Source: the human T2T-CHM13v2.0 reference genome, Homo sapiens. From it: DNA of 64,000 nucleotides. The notes below the pieces were generated by a model. That model worked only from the letters and a program-made list of their open reading frames with translations. It was not told where the DNA came from and did no database searches. Location: NCBI RefSeq assembly GCF_009914755.1, contig NC_060926.1; one strand, written 5' to 3'. The first letter of the stretch is position 1. Each line of letters starts with the position of its first letter. A program made the position numbers and the translations under genes. Shown here piece after piece: positions 37,344-52,590 of this stretch.

Positions 37344-37629
37344 TTAGTCATTGAAAGGCAATTTCCTTTCCTCATCACAGGGGCAGAGGTCTAAAGGACA
37401 GAGCTAGCTGCAATCCAGGCCTGCGTGGTAAGAAAGCCAGCCCCTGGAACACTGAATGGCTCACATCCATGTTCACCACAGAAACCTTAGGAATCATCCA
37501 TTCCTTCCTTCTACTTTCCATTTGGTTTTCAGCCTTGAAGTTGGTCACACCTTCCTCCAGTGTGTCTTCCTCCTGTGTGACTAACGAGAGCAGGTGCTGG
37601 TGCTTGGAGCACTAAAATCACCCCTGGTT

Positions 37630-38104
<475 letters not shown>

Positions 38105-39569
38105 TCAGCTCTAGTCTAGAGCGTTCTGTCAAAGTAAGGTGATTTTTTTTATTACTAATTCTTTTCATGACTGGTCATAAGAGTGTTATCAAGGCAGCCG
38201 CCTTGGCTGTTTGCTTTGCTTTGGGTGAGTGGGCAGCCACCAGCTTAGGTCACAGGTCCATGGGACTTGTACTTACAATAATGAACTTCCCAGGTGCTGG
38301 GCTTGTGGCCCCAGGATGAAGGAGTCTTCCCTGCCTCTGTTTCTCTTTTCAAATATGCTGCCCTTCTAAGGCCTGTCAGACATTGGGCCACTTCTCACTC
38401 TGGCTTAAAGGAAATCACAATTTCTTTTCCTTACGAGTTCAAACCTCCAGAAGAGCAAAGCAGCGGCAGGCAAAGTCCTTCTCTCCAGGTACCAAGTTGG
38501 CTTTTGGGACCTCTGTAGTGTGTACCTGCTATCCCTGCAAGATGTCCTCAACTTTTTCACAGGCTGATCCCAACACCCTGAGGGGGGCTGAATCTTCTAC
38601 TTTTTCACATTCTTTCCTCACTTGCAATGCTTCTCTTTTTTCTCTGGGGCCCAAGCCTGCCCTTCTTTAAAGCCACCCCTGACCTCATGGCTTCCAACTG
38701 CATCTCCCTCCACTTTCTCCAACCACACTAGCCCTTACTCATCTCCTCCTCCCTGAATCTTGCAGCATTCATGGTTGGTAAAGGTCACTGGACAATGATG
38801 ACCCTCTATGGTCTTGTTCCTTTCACATTTGTTGAAAATTCTCTATGTGCTAAGCACTGTGCCAGGGCAGATCCAAGCAAGAATATATAAAGTTATACTG
38901 TTCCTCATTTTATGCTAGCAATTTTCAATTGCCTGGCCTGATTCTAAGCTCCTAGAGGGCAGGAACCATGTCTTATACTGTATTTTGCAAGGTTCATAGT
39001 ATCTGTCAATAAATATAGAGTGAATGACTCAGCGACAACCAGTGTTTGGAGAGATCCAAGGAGTGAGCTTAAACCACAGAGAAAATGATCTTGAAAATCA
39101 AAATGTTGGTTCCCCAGTCAGGACAGCAACGTCCCTTGCCTCCTAGATGGCCCGCCCCATATTACCAAACACATGGCATTGGGGAAAATCAAAGTGTCAC
39201 AAAATAGTCATGTCTCCTGTCACAAAATAATCAACTCTGTGGTTCAGGTATAACATGGAAACAGTACTAGGACTGGAGCCATCAGTGTGTTCATTCTAGG
39301 TCCAGACACAGGCTCCGTGCTTGTGAAGAGAACCCAGGGCTTCTGACTAGAGCACAAGAAGGCCACCAGGACCTGGGCCAGGGACTAGATCCGTGAGATC
39401 TCCAAAGTCCCCATGGGCAGAAGCCTTAAGCCACCAAGATGTAAAACTTGATCCTGGATGGGGGGCTAGGAAACCAAGTGGAGATTCCCACAAAACCATG
39501 AGACCAGGAAGGGTGAGCTCAGGTGAGGTCTTCACTTCCAGGTTTGTAAGTGTTGGAGAGCCCTATGGC

Positions 39570-40630
39570 TGTCCTTGGACCTATCCTCTTCTCCACCTCC
39601 CTGAGTAACTCTGTCCAGTCCCATGGCCCTCATCTGATCAACGATGATGCCTATATTTACAGCTCCAGACCCAGACTCTTCCTGAGCTCCAGATACTTGG
39701 ATATCGGATAAGTATCCCAAAGTCAACACGTCCAAAACACATCTCATGATTCCTATCCCAAACCAGCTCCCTCTCCACATTTCCCTTTCTCAGGAAATAG
39801 CATTGCTGTTCAGCCACTCTGGCCAAAATCCTAGGAGTCATTTTTGAGTACTCACTTTTCTCTCACACCCCATATGCAATCCTTCAGCAAGTTCCGTTGG
39901 CTCCATACTCAAAAGATACGCTGAATTTGATGGCTTCTCATGACCTTGACCACTACGGCAGTGTATGAAGCCAGCCAACCCCACCTGCCTGGGCTACTGC
40001 TGCCGTTTCGTGCGTCTTCTTGCTTCCTCCTTTCTCCTCACTAGTCTGTTCTCCACACAGCAGTCATAGTGATGTTTGAAAACCATAAATCAAACCATGT
40101 CACTCCACTACTCAAAATCCTCTCGTGGCTTTACTGTATGCCTAGAATAAGATCCCAAACTCCTCCTGTGGACTACAATGCCCCGCCCAGTGTGGCCTCA
40201 TTTCCTGCCATGCCTTCCTTGCATACTGTGCTCTGGTCACTTTGACCTTCTTGCTTTTCCTTGAGCCCTGTTTCTTGCCTCTGGACCTTTCTACCTCCTC
40301 AGTGTTCTTCTCCTGGGTCTTTGTATAGTTCCAACCTCATTTCACTCTCGTGTCCACCGAAATACCTTCCAAAGAGGATCTAGCCCATCTACTCTCCCTT
40401 CCCCATGTCCTCATCACTCTTCACCCCCTTTCCTTGTTCATTTTTCTTCATTGTCACTAACTGAAACTATCTATTTTGCTGTCGTTGTTGACATCTTTCC
40501 CATATCAGACCCATGAGGGTAGATATTTTGTCTTTTTTGTTATTTGTTATATCCTTAGGGCTTGAATCGTGTTTGGTACATAAGAGGCACTCAAGGAATA
40601 TTTGCTGAGTAAATTAGTGAATGGATAAAT
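39570..40630 (+). mobile_element. L2a LINE 3' ~1 kb
   Basis: CCAGTCCCATGGC...CCTGAGCTCCAGA...AAAATCCTAGGAGTCATT...CATGTCACTCCACTACTCAAAATCCT...CACTCAAGGAATATTTGCTGAGT. Confidence 0.85.
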
Positions 40631-43624
40631 AACCTCTAAACTTAATGCCATATTACTATACTTATGATCACGTACGTAGTAACTCTCATGGAGTAATTTT
40701 TAAAACTAAAAGCCCTAGATTTGTAGGAAGGCCTTTCTTTGTGGGGGAAAAATGGTCCCCAAAAGAAACCAAAACAGTAGAGTTGCTAACAGGACAGTGC
40801 AGATGATAAAGAGAATGACTAGTTGCCTTCATAAAGCAAAACTCAGGTTTTGCAAGGTTGAGAAAGTGTGGCTGGGCCTTTCCTCCTCCGCCTCATTCTT
40901 GTCTCAAAGTTCCCCTACCCCTGCCCCAAGACCTCTGAACTATTAACACTTGCACCCTAGCTCCAATTTCTTACAGCAGAACTGAGACCACACTGGATCA
41001 TTTCAACAAGACTTCACCAACTCAGGGAAACTGAAAGAAATGCTTGGTATACAGTGAGCCGGGTGCTGTGAGAGGGCACAGGGGAGGAGGAGGAGGAAAG
41101 AGCTCTGGCAATGTCCTTCCCTGAGGGCCAGGCTCACTGGCATTGCAGGATGGCCACTTTGGAGAAGACAATGTAAGGTTTGGGAGGTAGAAGGAGGACT
41201 TCAAAATGGAGATGGGAAGGTGCTTATACTTCTAATTGTTTATGTCCATCTTCCTCACCACTCATGAGAGATGAAAACTTGAATCCCAGTTTTTACAAGA
41301 AAACACCGTGCTTGGAGGCAGGAGTGGCAACAGGTCTGAGTGCCGCAAAGCTGGTGCTTTTTAATCACCTTGGATCCCCATTCCACGAGGACCCATGGAA
41401 CCAAGGGCCACTTCTCCAGCTGGGGCCTGAGGAACACCGGAAGTGTCCACTTACAGTCTATGGCTTTAAAAAGCCTACAAACATGTGTGCTGGCTTGTTT
41501 TAAAATAAATGGTGTCACCCCTGGTTCCCCATGATTCTCACACCAAAGTGGGAGTGGGGGAGCCCGCAGGGGAAGGAAAGCTCTGAAGCAAAGCTGCTCC
41601 CTAACCATAAGGCCAGAACCCAGCTAGAAACATGACTGATGATGTGATAAGAGGGTGCCTGAACCATACGGAATGGAGAACAGGAATTCCAAGGTAACTG
41701 GCTGCATCTTAGGAACACAGTTTCCATTTACCCACTTGGAACAGAACAATCTGCAGCATAAAAGGAAAGTAAAATTTGGCAGGGCTCATTGTAAGCTGGT
41801 GAGGAGGCATGAGTGGAGAGAATTCCTAAAAGAGATCCTAACTTAATCAATCACTTGAAGCAGGAGGCAAAAAGCTGCTTTCAGAAATAGATCAAAAGGG
41901 TTGGATTGGCCCAGGCGTGCACACACCGTATCAATCTCTGGCCCAACCGTGCGAGGCCCCAGGCATCACCTCACAAGCGTGCACAGAGCAGCCTGGTTTT
42001 ATTTGTAAATGCACAGGAACCATCTGAAACCCAACCCCAGGGTAAGGCTGATGGGGCAGGGGCCATGTGGAGTAGGAGTCAGGACCAAATGGAAATTCCC
42101 TTGGATTTATTTTCCTCCTGACTTCATGCCAGTGGAACACACACTAAATTCATCCCCAAACTGACAAATTAGTGGGGCCCCATCTAAGAGATGGAAAAGG
42201 GCCTGAGGCAAGAAAGAAAGGCCAGGGCTGGCTGGTGCCAAGGACAGAAGACCTGCCTCCCTGGCCTGTACCTGCACGAACTCAACTCCCAGGAACTGAG
42301 GCCACTCCTGTCTCTCATCTCCGTGCTCAAGGCTTTGAGCCCAGTATCCAGCCTTAGTTCACCTAACCCTCTGCACATGTAAGAGACTATATTAGTAGCT
42401 TCTTTATTTACACAGAAGACATTAATTATATACTTTGTGGTCCATCTTGCTTTTCTCACTTTATATCTTTTTCTCACTTTACAGTATCACTTGGAAATAT
42501 TTCCATATTAACTTTGGTCCTATGAAAGAATTAAGCCCAAGCACTTTAAATCAGCAATGAATATCTGGAATTACGTTTTCTCCTACGCATTCAGAATGGT
42601 ACTAGTCACATACAACGCTTGGGAGAATTAAGAAAACAGTCACTCAAAACACTTTCTGTTTTCTGGGGTTTGGATGAGGACGTGGGTTAAGAAAGGCTGA
42701 TGGGGTATGGTGAACTACAATTTAACCAGTCCTGTATTGATGGACATTTAAGTTGTCCCCTCACCCCTCTTATTTTCCTACTACAAACAATGGTGCAATG
42801 AATATCCTTCTAACTGTAACTTGGAGAACTTTGGTGGATATCTCTGTAGAGTCAATTCTTAGTGCAAAAATGCTCCACAGCTAGATTTTAAGCTCCTTCA
42901 GGATAGGAAAATTTTTAAATCATCTTTCTTGCTCCCTCACTTAGCACAGTCAATATATAGTAGGGACTCAATAAATACTCGTTGACACGGATTAGTGAAA
43001 AAGATACAATCCATACCCTGAAATAATAGAGCCATAAGCACAAAACAAAAAACAAAAAAATGGTTTATGATAAAGTGGTAAGAAAAGTGGTATGGACCTG
43101 GTAAAAAGTGCTGCAGGAATTCCAAATGGATGGTGTTAGGTCTTTGATTTCTACCCTTTTTCCTGCATCTGAATTTTATATAACATTGCTAATTAACATC
43201 TCCTTCCAAGAGACCAGCAATGGATAGATCACTCCTGCCTTCTTACTCCTGGAAATAACAAGCAGGTGGAAGAAAAAGAACCTGGTCAGAGCTTATTCCT
43301 TTCATTGTAATTTTTGGGAGACATCTAGAACATCACTGACAGGCCTGATTTCAAAACACAATCTTCTACTAAATTGACTGGCTCAAGATGTTAGTAAAAA
43401 TAAATATATATATGGAAAATGCTAGAATTTGGAATTTCATATTTTCCTATCTAAAATAATTTGGATCAGGGCTAGTTATGAACATATCCCACTGCAAACC
43501 GGCAATTTCTAAATTCATACTGTACCACAGATATGAGGATTCCAGGCTAGCTATGGGATTTGGGACAACTGTTGTTCACTTTGATACTAGCTGATATTTC
43601 ATTAAGATGATGTTATCATTATCT

Positions 43625-43750
43625 TATTAGCAGCACAGCACAACACTGTGAGATTGTATCACCATTTTGCAAATTGGGAAACTGAGGCACAGAGAAATTG
43701 AGTACTTGATATCCCATAATTCCTAAATAGCAGAGCTGGCTTTGAATGTT
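43625..43750 (-). mobile_element. MIR fragment
   Basis: ACAACACTGTGAG...CCATTTTGCAAATTGGGAAACTGAGGCACAGAGA. Confidence 0.75.
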
Positions 43751-44029
43751 ATAAATGTTAAATGTTAAAACCAGCTTTATAATACAATATTTTACAATAT
43801 TCTTTCCTGATTTATTAATATTAGACATTACCTATTAATTTCTTATTTCAGTAGATAAAGCTCTCTTCAACCTACCCCCTTCCTTTCTTTCATCTTCTTT
43901 TTATAGTTATATTATAATTTTTTGGTTAAATCAATAGTCAGAGTTTACATTTTATATGATAGGGATACTATTTTTTAAAAAATTTAATTAATACTTTTCT
44001 TTTTCCCCTCAAATAATTTTTCCCCACAG

Positions 44030-44540
44030 AAAAGCATGCGTATGTTCGTTCACCAAGAAGACAAATATAAGAATGTCCACAGCAGAATTAGTTATAATAA
44101 CCTCCTACTAAAACCAGCCCAAATGCCCATCAACAGTCAAGTGTATAAATAAATTGTGCTATACTCATATAATTGAGTACTCTACATACATAATAAATCA
44201 ATGAGCTATTTTTATATGCAACAAAATGAAAGAATCTCAAAAACATAATATGGAGCAAAAGAAACCAGACACATCACAGTACATTAATCTAATTATATAA
44301 CATACAAAAACAGACAAAACTAATACTTCAGTTAGAAATAAGTACAGTGGATGCCCTTGAGGGAGGCATAATGACTGTAAAGAGGTGAGAGGGAGGCTCC
44401 TGTGTTCTCATAATGTTCTAGTTCTCCATCTGGGTCCTTTATATATGAGTATATTCGTATTTTCACTTTGTGAAAATGCAACAATATGTATACTTAGAAT
44501 TTCTGTATTTTTATATATGTGTTTTACTTCCATAAAAAAG
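44030..44540 (+). mobile_element. Old L1 (L1MC/ME) 3' end
   Basis: CCCAAATGCCCATCAACAG...GAATCTCAAAAACATAATATGGAGCAAAAGAAACCAGACAC...CACTTTGTGAAAAT...TTTTACTTCCATAAAAAAG. Confidence 0.8.
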
Positions 44541-44559
44541 TGTTTTTAATCATTATAAA

Positions 44560-45470
44560 AAGATATTCACATCTTTATTATCTTTTGACCTCCCAGATTT
44601 TAAAGATTTTGTTGTACTTGTAACATCTGTTTATCCCTTCACCTCCCAACTTTTATTACTTTAATGCTTTTTCACAATCTCTTGGTTTATCTATGCTTAT
44701 ATTTACATTCTCTTCTGTTATCAAAAACCCTACATTTGTTTTAGTTTTAGTTCTGCAGTTAAATAGACTCAGGGCTCACCACCAGATTATTTTCCTGAAG
44801 TTTTCCAGTCTTCTCCTAGGTAATTAAAATGCATGCTCTTATTCATCAAAAAAGCTCAATGAAATAATATTCCCTCCACTATGTTCTCATATATTCAAAA
44901 CGGTTTGTTGGTTGCTTTAGTACAGTATTAGAATGATAGTTCAAGAAAGTATGTTCTATTGTCTTTTAGTCACTCTGAGGCTTGTCGGTTAAAGCCCTAT
45001 ATTACCTCCTATAAGAAATCAATTGCTTTCTTTCCTTCTTTCTTTCTCTCTCTCTCCCTCTCTCTTTTTCTTCTGTTCTTTTTTCTTCCTTTTTTCTTTC
45101 TTTCTTTCTCTTTCTCTTTCTTTCTTCCTTTCTTTCTTTCTCCTCTCTTCTCAAAGGATTCTTTGATGTGAAGTTCAGTAATTTTTTGAGGATATATCTC
45201 TGAGTTGACCATATTGGCTCATTTTTTTTTCTGGCTGTGTCCTTTCCATATAAAGATTCATACCTCTCTTTTATTTCAGGAAAGATTTTTTTACCTTTAA
45301 ATATTTGTTCAGTCCATTATTTCTGCTGCCTTCTTTGAAGACCCTACATTGAACCCCTTGGCTTGTCTTCCGTAACTATCATTTCTCTTCTAAGCCTTTC
45401 TACTCATTCATTTGCTTTCATTTCATTTCATTATTTTTCTCATTTCTATTCTGTACGCTAATAGTCTTAA
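44560..45470 (-). mobile_element. Old L1/HAL1-like fragment
   Basis: T-rich antisense ORF1-like sequence (TTTATTTCAGGAAAGATTTT...TTTAAATATTTGTTC); diverged. Confidence 0.45.
45027..45150 (+). repeat. CT-rich (TTTC/TC)n tract
   Basis: ~120-bp near-pure pyrimidine strand. Confidence 0.9.
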
Positions 45471-45479
45471 ATGAAGAAT

Positions 45480-48072
45480 ACATACCCCGGGGCAAAGACT
45501 TTCCTAAGGGTATGTAAGCACAGATAGTTTTAAGAGCATCAATTTCCATGTTCTCAATTTCTTTATGTATTCTTTCCAAAAATCAATCTGCCAGGAAGTA
45601 TATCTTAAGTCGAGATGTTTTATGAGTTATTTTTTTCCCAGCTCCTCTTCCCAAATCACTCACCATCACTGGTGTTGGTGAAGGCTCTTTTAATCAAGGC
45701 ACCATAAACTCTCAGTAGGGCTTCATATCTTTACTTCTCTCATATATATTTATAATAAGTTTGAAGGAAGACATTAGAAACTGAGAATTTTGCCTGTGTT
45801 GGCATGTTCTGAATTCACTGTAACATGGGGACACAAAAGAGATGACAAATTTTGTTTATTAATCTCACCTCTTCCAATCCTTAACTATTGTCAAAAAGAG
45901 CACTGCTGTTCAGGGAGAGACTTGTGAGGGCCCGCGGGGGACAAATTGTTGACAAGCCCTGGCTCTTATCTATCTTATCTACATATCCATTCATCTAAAA
46001 TTTTGAGTATTAATATTTATTTTTAAATGATATCTCTACCACAACTTGTTCTTTCTGAATGTCCACCATTCTTGGTGATAGAGCTTAGAGAATTCTCTCA
46101 CTCACCCATGCCCTGGTCCCTTCAGAGATATATCCACATGACTTTGAGAAGGAGGAAGTGAACAGTTCCACACTCATTTCCAATGTTCTAGCAGGTTAGC
46201 GTCACATCTGGAAATGGAACAGATACCTAAGTTAGGGGTTTGTATTTCCTTGAACATTTATTCATACTGGTATGAGAAACATTTTCATTAACTTTTGCCA
46301 ATAGAGTATGCTATAAACTCCTGTTGATTTTTTATTTGAGCATACATCTCCTTCTCACTGCTACTAGTTAACCACTTGCTCCTCAATTACTCTGTTTTGC
46401 CATGCAGTTATTAGATTTATATTATATCAGGGATATGCTATAGATACCACTGTAAATAATGCCCACAGCAACATTAATAAAGTTTTTATAAGTCCTCCAC
46501 TTACCTAATGGCCCAATAATTGCCTTTTGCTGTTACTTTCCATAAAGTAGTTTAAATTGCATTCTTAAAAGTAGAACATCTACCTCTACCCATGTAGGAT
46601 AAAATGTTCCCCAAACATATTACAGAACATGATATCCTGAACTTTACCAGTGCAACTTTATTTAATTAGAGACAATTCCTCCCCTTCAGATGTTGATTGT
46701 GCTTCTCTAGTCATATCAAACACATCACTATAAACATGCTCCTTTTCAACCATTAAGTAAATGACTAACTTATCTCTGCATAACAACTGTCAAGGATACA
46801 ACTCTGTTCATCTGTCTTGCCTTTTTAAGACATTTTAAGTTGTCCTAGAAAAGTCGAATTCACCATGATTATACTTTGTTCACAAAACATGGACAATTTC
46901 TAATTTTTTAAAGTGAAACTGTGAACTGAATTTCCAATTTTATGCTGTTCTTTTTTAAAATCTGTTTAAGCTACAAAAATGAGGATTCTCTAAAAATAAC
47001 AAGAATAATTAATAGCAATTTGATAAATCATGAAAAGACTTTTTCTGGGAAAATTGAGAAATTGAGAAATTGAATGGCTCTAAAGATTAGAAAACAAAAT
47101 CTTTTGCAAGTTAAGTGGGTTCTAATTCCTGGGCTCCAACAAAATTGAGGGAAGATCTAATCAAGTTAGATCATTAAAAAGAATTTTTGATGATCACGAT
47201 ATAATTTTGGCACATAACGTGAAAAAATGTCCAAGTCTTTAGTGAAATTAAAAAAAATAAGACTACTTTGACCTCCATCTGCTTATTTATGTGATCAGCT
47301 CTGTCTATAAAAACTGAAAAGAAGAACAGAATTGATGCTAAGCCTGTCACATCCTGGAAATAAGTCATATTTATATATGTACCTATGGATATGTAAATTG
47401 AAAAATGCCTCATCCAATACCATTAAGTGGTAATTTTCTAATAAACTTTTATTTTATACATTTAATCATTATTTATCAAAATTTAGAACAAATTTTTTGC
47501 TTAATTGTATACTACTAAAAATTATATGGTTTTGGTTGCAAAGAAAAATGATAAGGTAATCAATGAACATTTTTAAATATAAAGATATTGTACTGGCATA
47601 AAATTATATGGAAGAAGTGGAAAGGAAATAGGAGTTAAAGGAAAAAAGAAATGATGTACAATATTGGACTACTAAAAAGCTCATGCATTTTGGTACATAT
47701 CAAAGCATTGTGATATTTAGGTCTGAAAGGATAATTTAAAAGAGTTATGCAAACAGTTGAAAGTGGCTGTTGGGTTATAGTTTCCTAATCTCTGATCTAG
47801 ACCTAAGAAAGTGATGGAAAAAAATGTTAATAATGTAGATAAAACTTAAAAGTGTGTCATGTCTGTAGCCATTATATTGTGAATAGGAAAGAAAAGTAAC
47901 TTTCCAAAATTCAAAAACTATTATCTAATTCAGCAAAGTCAGACACACCATTGACAACTGAACTAGTGAAATTCCAACATATGTCTTTATTGTTTCACTT
48001 GCATCTTACTTGTTAATGTAAACAAAAGCATCCATCAATGTGTATGTCAGAATCACACTTGGAGAGTCGGCT
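45480..48072 (+). mobile_element. hAT-Charlie DNA transposon fossil
   Basis: Decayed C-terminal transposase motifs FWH (47205), PSAYLC (47275), IKTEKKNRIDA (47307-47339) typical of the hAT dimerisation domain; Charlie-like left end TACCCC...CAAAGACTTTCC; boundaries approximate. Confidence 0.65.
46020..46850 (-). pseudogene. Degenerate piggyBac (PGBD-like) transposase fragment
   Basis: Minus-strand frameshifted peptides MESNSK, VGIIYSG, NLITA, LLAKVNE, QGNTNP, GTV occur in the same order as recalled PGBD3-type motifs. Confidence 0.4.
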
Positions 48073-48570
48073 GCTAAGCATTTACCAGGAGCACACACCA
48101 CTGGGCTTCCATGTGGGATTCCTCGTTTAGTCCAACTCCTTTTGCTTCTCAAAACCAATTTTCGTCTCAGGACACTTCTCCCATCAGCCTATGCATTTTC
48201 TTCTTGCCATCGTTCACAAAGGATTAGGTCTTATACTTTAGGATGTTTCCCTCAACTCTGAGACAGACGTTTGCTAAGGCACTTCTGACATTTGCAGAAT
48301 GAATCCTCTCTGCTGCTTTCTGCATGCTCTCCTGTTTGAGCTCCACAGCTTTTGTTTTTATCCAGGCTTTATTATCTCTGCCTTTTAATTCAAAGTATTT
48401 ACTTAAAGTAATTACTGATGTATTCAGATTTAAATCTTACTATTTATTTTTTATTTGTCCCATCTGTTCTGTGCTTTCACTCTTCTCTCTTGCATTTTAA
48501 ATGAAAAATTAATCAAATTTTTTTTATCATTGCATTTCCCTTTTGATTAGTTTGTTAATTAAACATTATT

Positions 48571-48827
48571 GGCTGGGTGCGGTGGCTCATGCCTGTAATC
48601 CCAGCACTTTGGGAGGCCAAGGCGGTAGGATCGCTTGAGCCCAGGAGTTCAGAAATAGTCTGGGCAATAGAGTGGGGCACCATCTCTACAAAAAATAAAA
48701 ATAAAAATATTAGCTGGTTGTAGCATGCACCTGTAGTCCCAGCTACTCGGGAGGCTGAGGTAGGATTGCTTGACCCAGGAGGTTGAGGCTGCAGTGAGTG
48801 GTGATAGCACCAGTGCACTTCAGCCTG
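48571..48827 (+). mobile_element. AluJ, 3'-truncated
   Basis: GGATCGCTTGAGCCCAGGAGTTC and GAGGCTGCAGTGAG diagnostics; ends at CAGCCTG. Confidence 0.93.
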
Positions 48828-48841
48828 TGTGTGTATATATT

Positions 48842-48844
<3 letters not shown>

Positions 48845-48875
<31 letters not shown>
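48845..48875 (+). repeat. (CA)n microsatellite
   Basis: Seen directly. Confidence 0.95.
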
Positions 48876-48877
<2 letters not shown>

Positions 48878-49114
48878 TATTTTACTACCCTTTTTGTGGT
48901 TCCCCTAGAGATTACAACATGCATCTTAATTTGCTAGGATCAGATATAAATTTATATTTTTACCAATGAAGGGACTACAGAATATTTTAGTTCCCTTTAC
49001 TCTTTTCCTGCTTTTTGTGTTATTATTGTCATGAAGGTTTTTTTTTTTTACATAAACACCTTAATATAAGTGTTTTTATACAGTCAGTATTCATTATATA
49101 TATATATCCACATA

Positions 49115-50050
<936 letters not shown>

Positions 50051-50299
50051 CTGACAGGACTTGAGGGCAAGAATCCCAAATAGAAGGGTAGTACATTTTG
50101 CATAAGTTTTCCTTTCAGTGAATCTGCTGATCTTAAAAGCTTATGTATAAGAGTTGAAGAAACAAAGCAAAGAGCAGCAGCTTAGAACCTGGGAATCCAG
50201 GTGAGTCTTCCAGCAATCTCTCAGGCTAGGTGACAGAAATTAGAGATCAGTTCCTACCAATGAGGAGAGGCCCTGGTGTACCTTCCAGGCTTCCTGTTA

Positions 50300-50850
50300 A
50301 GATGCTGGAAGAGTAACAGCACAGGTGTAAGTTGGAAATACAACAGCATGCACAAAGGACTGAAACTCAGCTTCAAATGAGCTCATTCCAGACTGGATTA
50401 AAGTGATCTATTCCTACTCTGCCTATCTGCCAAATAGTAGTAAATATCTAGAAAACGAAAACACTGGCCAGAGACTCAAATTACACTTACAATTTTCACA
50501 TATAGTATCTGGCATTCAATCAAGTAATTACCAGACATGCCAAAAGATAGGACCAGTTGAACAAAACCAAGGAATAAAACAGACTTGAGAACAGACTCAC
50601 AGATGATACAGATTAATTAGAGTTATCAGGCATAACTTTAAAATAACTGTGATTAATTTGTTCAAGACAATACTGGGCACAATGGAGAATTTCACTACAG
50701 AAGAATTATCAACAATAAAAAGAATAAAATGTAAATTCTCCACCTGAAAAACACAAATTGTTGAAATTAAAATTTTGCTAAAATTAAAAACTGAATAGAC
50801 AATGAAGAAAAGAGGATTAACTAAAGGACAGGTCATTAGAAGATATCCAG
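50300..50850 (+). mobile_element. L1M 5'/ORF1 fragment
   Basis: GGCATTCAATCAAGTAATTACCAGACATGC...AACAGACTCACAGATGATACAGAT...TTTAAAATAACTGTGATTAAT. Confidence 0.65.
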
Positions 50851-52590
50851 AGTGAGCAGAGACTTAAAAAGGCTGGTTTCACCAGTATATGCAAATGTTA
50901 AAACTAATCAAATGGCACACTTTCAACATATGCAATTTATTGTATATCAGTTATTCCTCAGGCATGTATTGTTGCTACAATGGAACAAGAATCATGGTGG
51001 CATCATATTTCTTTTCTGTGAAATCATTTTCTAGAAGACAACAGAGCAATAATTTGAAAATTCTCAAAAACTACTACTTTCATTCTAGAATTCTACGATT
51101 AACTAAATTAGCAATTATGTGAGGACTGTTTTTAAACATGCAAGTCGCAGAGTATTTACATCCTGGGCACATTTTTTGAAAAAATCTTAATAAGGTATCA
51201 TAAATAGAAAATGGAGTACAAGAAAAAAGACTGAAGCTTCAAGAAACAGTGACACTTACCTAAGAGTGTGACAAAAAGAAATTCCAGAATGACAGATAAG
51301 CAGTAGGCTTGGAAAGCAACTAGTTCCAACTGGACCACGGAAAAGTTATCTTACAGAAGACAGTGAGTTTTATCAAAAGGTTGTATGGTGAAGAAGATGA
51401 ATGTTTTAATGTTATGGTGAATGTATGTATTGTATATATTAAAATTAATGTGTATAATGTATATATTGAAAATAAAGAAGAAAGGTAATTAAAAGCCTAG
51501 GTGGGCACTGTACAAGAAATGTGAAGCAACTAAAATAAAGTACAATTTTCTCTGTGCATAAGAAAGATAATTAATTTAATGTGATACCTGGAACATTCTC
51601 CTTCAAGAGGTAGTGACATAGGATTCTGTTTCCTTCTCTGAGGTTCCAATAACACTGTTTGACTTCACAATTCACCATATTTTCACAGTCCACTGTATAT
51701 GTTCAGTGTATAATAATTTAATCAAATGCTATTTTTTTCTAGTTATAGTTACAGAGAAGAATATAAATGCCTTAAATATCAATGTTGTAAAAATAATGAA
51801 ATACTAGCAGATGTTGCAAAGTAAAATTAGAGAAAGAAGGAAGAAGGAACTGTAAATATGCTTATTTTCTTACTTTACAAAGTGATATACATATATACCT
51901 ATATTTTATATATATACATATATATTCTAGATTGGCAAAAATAGAGGTTTAAACATATTAGGTAAAATTTGAAAATAACCAAGAGAAGAACTAGACTATT
52001 AATAAAATTATCCGTCTCTCATTTTAAGACGGAGAAATATTTCTCTGACCCCATCTGCTTTCTAAAAACCAATCAGGAAAAAAAAAAAAAAACAAGAATA
52101 AAAATGGAATAAAAAACTCTGGCTAAATCAAGAAACACCTATGACCTGAACTTTAATATTTATAAAGAACTGCTGCCAAGTGCAGTGAAGGTCAGACCAG
52201 GGTGAGAAACAAAGCCAAGAGGCCATGCTTATGGCTGCAGATCCCACACAGTAAACAGAGCACATTTTTCCAAGTTAGTGATGTATCTGGAGGAGCAAAA
52301 GCAACAGTTCCTTGTTTGAAAAAGCCTGAGGTTTAAAACCTGGCTACAGAATTCTCTATGACACCCTTTTGAAACAATATACACATGACATTCCTGCAAG
52401 AGAACATTTTGAGAAAGTTCAGAAAGTAAGGTTAATAGGTGGCCTTGAAGCTAGCAAGTCTTGTAAATTAAAATTTTGTAAAGTCTGAATCCACAACAAT
52501 ACACTCCACTGAACCTTACATATGTAAGGCCTCGTTTTAAGTTAGGAGGACTTCTTCTTAGTCCAGACATTGTTCAAAACCTCTGAAATC

